A stretch of DNA of 64,000 nt, from contig CAVTUQ010000026.1 of the NCBI GenBank assembly GCA_963737905.1, positions 1 through 64,000 on the forward strand, in the 5' to 3' direction. Source of the DNA: an uncultured delta proteobacterium (lineage in GTDB: Bacteria; Desulfobacterota; Binatia; UBA9968). Shown in pieces: positions 61,242 through 64,000 of this stretch. Under the pieces are notes generated by a model that was given only the letters and a program-made list of their open reading frames with translations, did not search any database and was not told where the DNA came from. The position numbers and the translations under genes were made by a program. The number at the start of each line of letters is the position of its first letter. The first letter of the stretch is position 1.

Positions 61242-61622
61242 ATGGCTAACGAACTTATTTTGATCATCGAAGATAACGAGAAGAACCGGAAGCTCGTGCG
61301 CGACGTGCTCCAGGTCAAGGGCTACAAAACCATCGAGAGCGAGACGGCTGAAGATGGTCTCAAGCTCGCGCTGGAAAAATCTCCTGCCCTCGTCCTCATG
61401 GACATCCAGCTTCCCGGAATGGATGGAATTACGGCTCTGAAGGAGCTCCGGGCCGACTCACAAACGAAGAGTATACCTGTCATTGCGATCACCGCATCGG
61501 CCATGACCAACAACCGCCAGGCGATGTTGGCTGAAGGGTTTGACGGCTATCAGAGTAAGCCGATCAGCGTTAAGGACTTTCTCGGAGAAGTAGAAAGAGT
61601 GCTCGCTAGCCACGCAAACTAA
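61242..61622 (+). CDS. single-domain response regulator (DivK-like receiver)
   Basis: ILIIEDN, LMDIQLPGMDG, IPVIAITA.AM, GFDGY.SKP. Confidence 0.93.
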   Translation: MANELILIIEDNEKNRKLVRDVLQVKGYKTIESETAEDGLKLALEKSPALVLMDIQLPGMDGITALKELRADSQTKSIPVIAITASAMTNNRQAMLAEGFDGYQSKPISVKDFLGEVERVLASHAN

Positions 61623-61722
61623 AAAATTCTAACTTGCGCAAGATCTAAGCGTAAAAAACGGATTGTGAAACTCGATAGCTTCAATCCAGAATCTAGGTCG
61701 AAGTCGAAAATCCAAAGTGGAA

Positions 61723-62001
61723 CTACTGCATCCCTAGCCGTTGCTCGATATGATCCAGGCGGTCCTCGAGAATCCGCTGTTTGAAGATAGCTGCGCGTAA
61801 GCATTGATTAATGAGCGTCTGGTACTTGCCGCCCTCTTGCTTCGCTTTTTCTTTGAAATAGTTCACGACATCCCCGTCCAAGCGAATATGAACATTGATC
61901 TTAACATTGGGCATTGCAATGTCTTCCTCCTGATAGGTACGGGGGCGTGGAATTTGGCGGAATCGACTGCTAGTCACTTTTTTCCTTTTTTGCTTTCTCA
62001 T
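61723..62001 (-). CDS. brnA: BrnA family antitoxin
   Basis: IRLDGDVVNYFK...GGKYQTLINQCLR; overlaps brnT. Confidence 0.85.
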   Translation of the reverse strand: MRKQKRKKVTSSRFRQIPRPRTYQEEDIAMPNVKINVHIRLDGDVVNYFKEKAKQEGGKYQTLINQCLRAAIFKQRILEDRLDHIEQRLGMQ

Positions 62002-62260
62002 ATTCCCTCCGTTCACGGCGTCGTTCTTGCGCCGAAATTAGCCTGAGTCTGTCAACCGAAAGGGTATAAACGACGGTTATAATACGACCGCTTTTCATTT
62101 TGCCGGTGCGCCAAAGACGCTGCTCGGTGCGCGACGAATGAGCCAGATCCTCCTTTTCGATCCCATCAGTGTCGGTGAAGACCTGTAAAGCCTCCGCAAA
62201 GGAGATTCCGTGTTTCTCGGTGTTGGTCGCGTCTTTGGCATCGTCCCATTCCCATTCCAT
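61970..62260 (-). CDS. brnT: BrnT family toxin
   Basis: EWDDAK..N.EKHGISF.EA..VF, HS..E.R, VVYT, RLISA. Confidence 0.9.
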   Translation of the reverse strand: MEWEWDDAKDATNTEKHGISFAEALQVFTDTDGIEKEDLAHSSRTEQRLWRTGKMKSGRIITVVYTLSVDRLRLISAQERRRERREYEKAKKEKSD

Positions 62261-62270
62261 CTATGTACAT

Positions 62271-62299
62271 ATTGTATCCATGCGGACGACGGGATACAA
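62271..62299 (-). promoter_or_regulatory. brnTA promoter with overlapping operator
   Basis: minus strand TTGTAT-17bp-TACAAT; perfect 8-bp inverted repeat TTGTATCC (62272-62279) / GGATACAA (62292-62299). Confidence 0.6.
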
Positions 62300-62560
62300 G
62301 CAATCGGTTTTTTTGCATTTCCTTTGTGTCGTTCGCCTTTGCCGGTAACCGCGACGAGTGAGACGCTCAAGCACCCGGCCATCGCTCACACGCTCCTTTA
62401 TGCACGTTACGGCCGGCCTCTGGATCGTAACCTTCTGCAGGGTTTCCTTGACGACCGTAACCACCTGGCGTAAAAGACAGCTCAGCCGCTGGGTGAGCCA
62501 TCTGCGATCGCTCACATGGTAAGTTGGCCGTGCGGCGCATATCGATCTCCGTCATTTTTT

Positions 62561-64000
62561 ATGGCTTCCACCACCAAAAAGGACACTAAGAAATCAAAGG
62601 CAAAACCGCAGCGCCCCTCCGTTAAAGAGGCCAAGCTGGTCCGGGAGAACAAGGAAATAAGGCGGGAGCGCGACGAGTCGCTCGAACGGGAAGCAGCGAC
62701 CAGCGACATCCTTCGGATGATCGCCAACTCGCCAGCGGAACTTCAGCCAGTGCTCGATGCAATTGCCGAGCGAGCTGCAAGACTGTGTGAAGCAGAAGAT
62801 GCTGCCATTTTTCGAGTGGATGGCAATTCTTACCGCCGTGCAGCCCACTTTGGACCAGTTTCCATGGCAACTGTTTTCGGTGAGGGCCGCGTTATTGATC
62901 GCGATACGCCACCGGGTCGAGCGATTGCCGACCGGCAAACGATCCACGTCCACGACCTTCAGGCCGCCGGAGCTGAATTTCCGGGTGCCAAGACCCGTGG
63001 AATTGCAATGGGCCTCCGTACGGTGCTCTCCGCACCGTTACTCCGTGAAGGTATTGCCATTGGTGCTATTCATATCCGCAGACGAGAGATCCGTCCGTTC
63101 TCGGATAAGCAAATTAAATTGCTGGAAACCTTTGCCGCCCAGGCCGTCATCGCCATCGAAAATGCCCGGCTGTTCCAAGAGTTTAAAGAGTCGTTGGAGC
63201 AGCAGACAGCCACGAGCGAGATTCTCGGTGTCATCGCCAGTTCGCCGACGGACATCCAGCCGGTGCTGGACGCCATCGCTAAGAGTGCCGGACGCTTGTG
63301 TAACGCAAAAGACGCAGTGATTCGATTCGTCGAAGGGGATGTGCTCCGATTGGCAGCTCACCAAGGACCCATTCCATTTTTTGGGGCGGCCCAAATACCG
63401 ATTAACCGTGCTTCAGTAACAGGCCGAGCCGTTGTCGAGGGTCTACCGGTTCATATTGAGGACTTTCTGTCTGTAGCCGCGACTGAGTTTCCCGAGCTTC
63501 TCAACGCCGGCGTTGAGCGAGAAGGTGATCGAACCCAACTGGCTGTCCCACTTATGCGCGAAGGTGTTGCGATTGGAGCGATTCTCATTCGCCGAATCGA
63601 AGTTGATCCTTTCACCGAAAAACAAATCGCTCTCGTAAAAACCTTCGCCGCTCAAGCCGTAATCGCCATCGAGAATGTCCGGTTGTTCAAGGAGATCCAG
63701 GAGCGCAATGCGGAATTGCGCGAGGCTCTTGAGCATCAGACCGCAACCTCAGAGGTGCTCGGCATCATCAGCCGCTCGCCCACAGACGTGCAGCCGGTTC
63801 TCGACGCCATCGTCGAGAGCGCGGCGCGGGTTTGTGGAATCGATGATGTGCTACTGCGACTCCGCGAGGGCAACGCTACGGTTCCGCGGGCTCATTTTGG
63901 TCCCATAGCCATTGGCCACCTCGAAATCAGCATTGATGCGCCGCAGTATCGCTGGATGCGCGATCATGGCGCGCTCCATATTCCCGATGTCCGCGCGCAA
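62561..64000 (+). CDS. second multi-GAF sensor protein (5' part, runs off the window)
   Basis: open frame from ATG 62561 (MASTTKKDTKK..) to the window end; two complete GAF domains and most of a third, with the same linkers as the 53421 kinase. Confidence 0.88.
   Translation, partial: MASTTKKDTKKSKAKPQRPSVKEAKLVRENKEIRRERDESLEREAATSDILRMIANSPAELQPVLDAIAERAARLCEAEDAAIFRVDGNSYRRAAHFGPVSMATVFGEGRVIDRDTPPGRAIADRQTIHVHDLQAAGAEFPGAKTRGIAMGLRTVLSAPLLREGIAIGAIHIRRREIRPFSDKQIKLLETFAAQAVIAIENARLFQEFKESLEQQTATSEILGVIASSPTDIQPVLDAIAKSAGRLCNAKDAVIRFVEGDVLRLAAHQGPIPFFGAAQIPINRASVTGRAVVEGLPVHIEDFLSVAATEFPELLNAGVEREGDRTQLAVPLMREGVAIGAILIRRIEVDPFTEKQIALVKTFAAQAVIAIENVRLFKEIQERNAELREALEHQTATSEVLGIISRSPTDVQPVLDAIVESAARVCGIDDVLLRLREGNATVPRAHFGPIAIGHLEISIDAPQYRWMRDHGALHIPDVRAQ

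Noticed and set aside
53421-64000. Diversity-generating retroelement behind the GAF repeats
   Set aside because: No reverse transcriptase in the window; differences between copies are mostly synonymous and not adenine-specific.

Overview
This is bacterial chromosomal DNA. Gene content, gene order and intergenic repeat style suggest a deltaproteobacterial lineage such as Candidatus Binatia (inference only). 1-30 kb is mostly housekeeping and metabolism: bioB, an Aas-type MFS-acyltransferase-acyl-ACP synthetase fusion, pgeF, a HEAT-repeat protein, an Xaa-Pro peptidase, an acyl-CoA carboxylase, pyruvoyl arginine decarboxylase, tatC/tatA, an HDAC-family protein, fabF-fabH, pncB, a PaaA-like diiron protein with etfBA, an ExeA-like ATPase, a heme-oxygenase-like protein, a cupin dioxygenase, pyk and a Dpp/Opp ABC transporter. 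30-52.5 kb is an almost entirely + strand accessory array of small enzymes and orphan solute-binding proteins; it includes gene remnants and three degenerate attC-like sites. 49.7-64 kb (overlapping the end of that array) is a signalling and toxin-antitoxin hotspot: five TA-like pairs are interleaved with a ~2150-aa 11-GAF histidine kinase, a DivK-like receiver and the start of a second multi-GAF paralogue. The best candidates for undescribed biology are (i) a self-contained mini transcription unit at 5528-5751 (consensus promoter, 17-nt complement of the 16S rRNA 3' end, 14-aa CxxC sORF, long hairpin, terminator); (ii) the alternating A/B GAF-module kinases with near-identical DNA linkers; and (iii) an eroding integrase-less attC cassette cluster. 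Many genes after 29 kb carry single-base indels, mostly in short homopolymers, which look like long-read assembly errors. I saw no tRNA, rRNA, CRISPR array or transposase.
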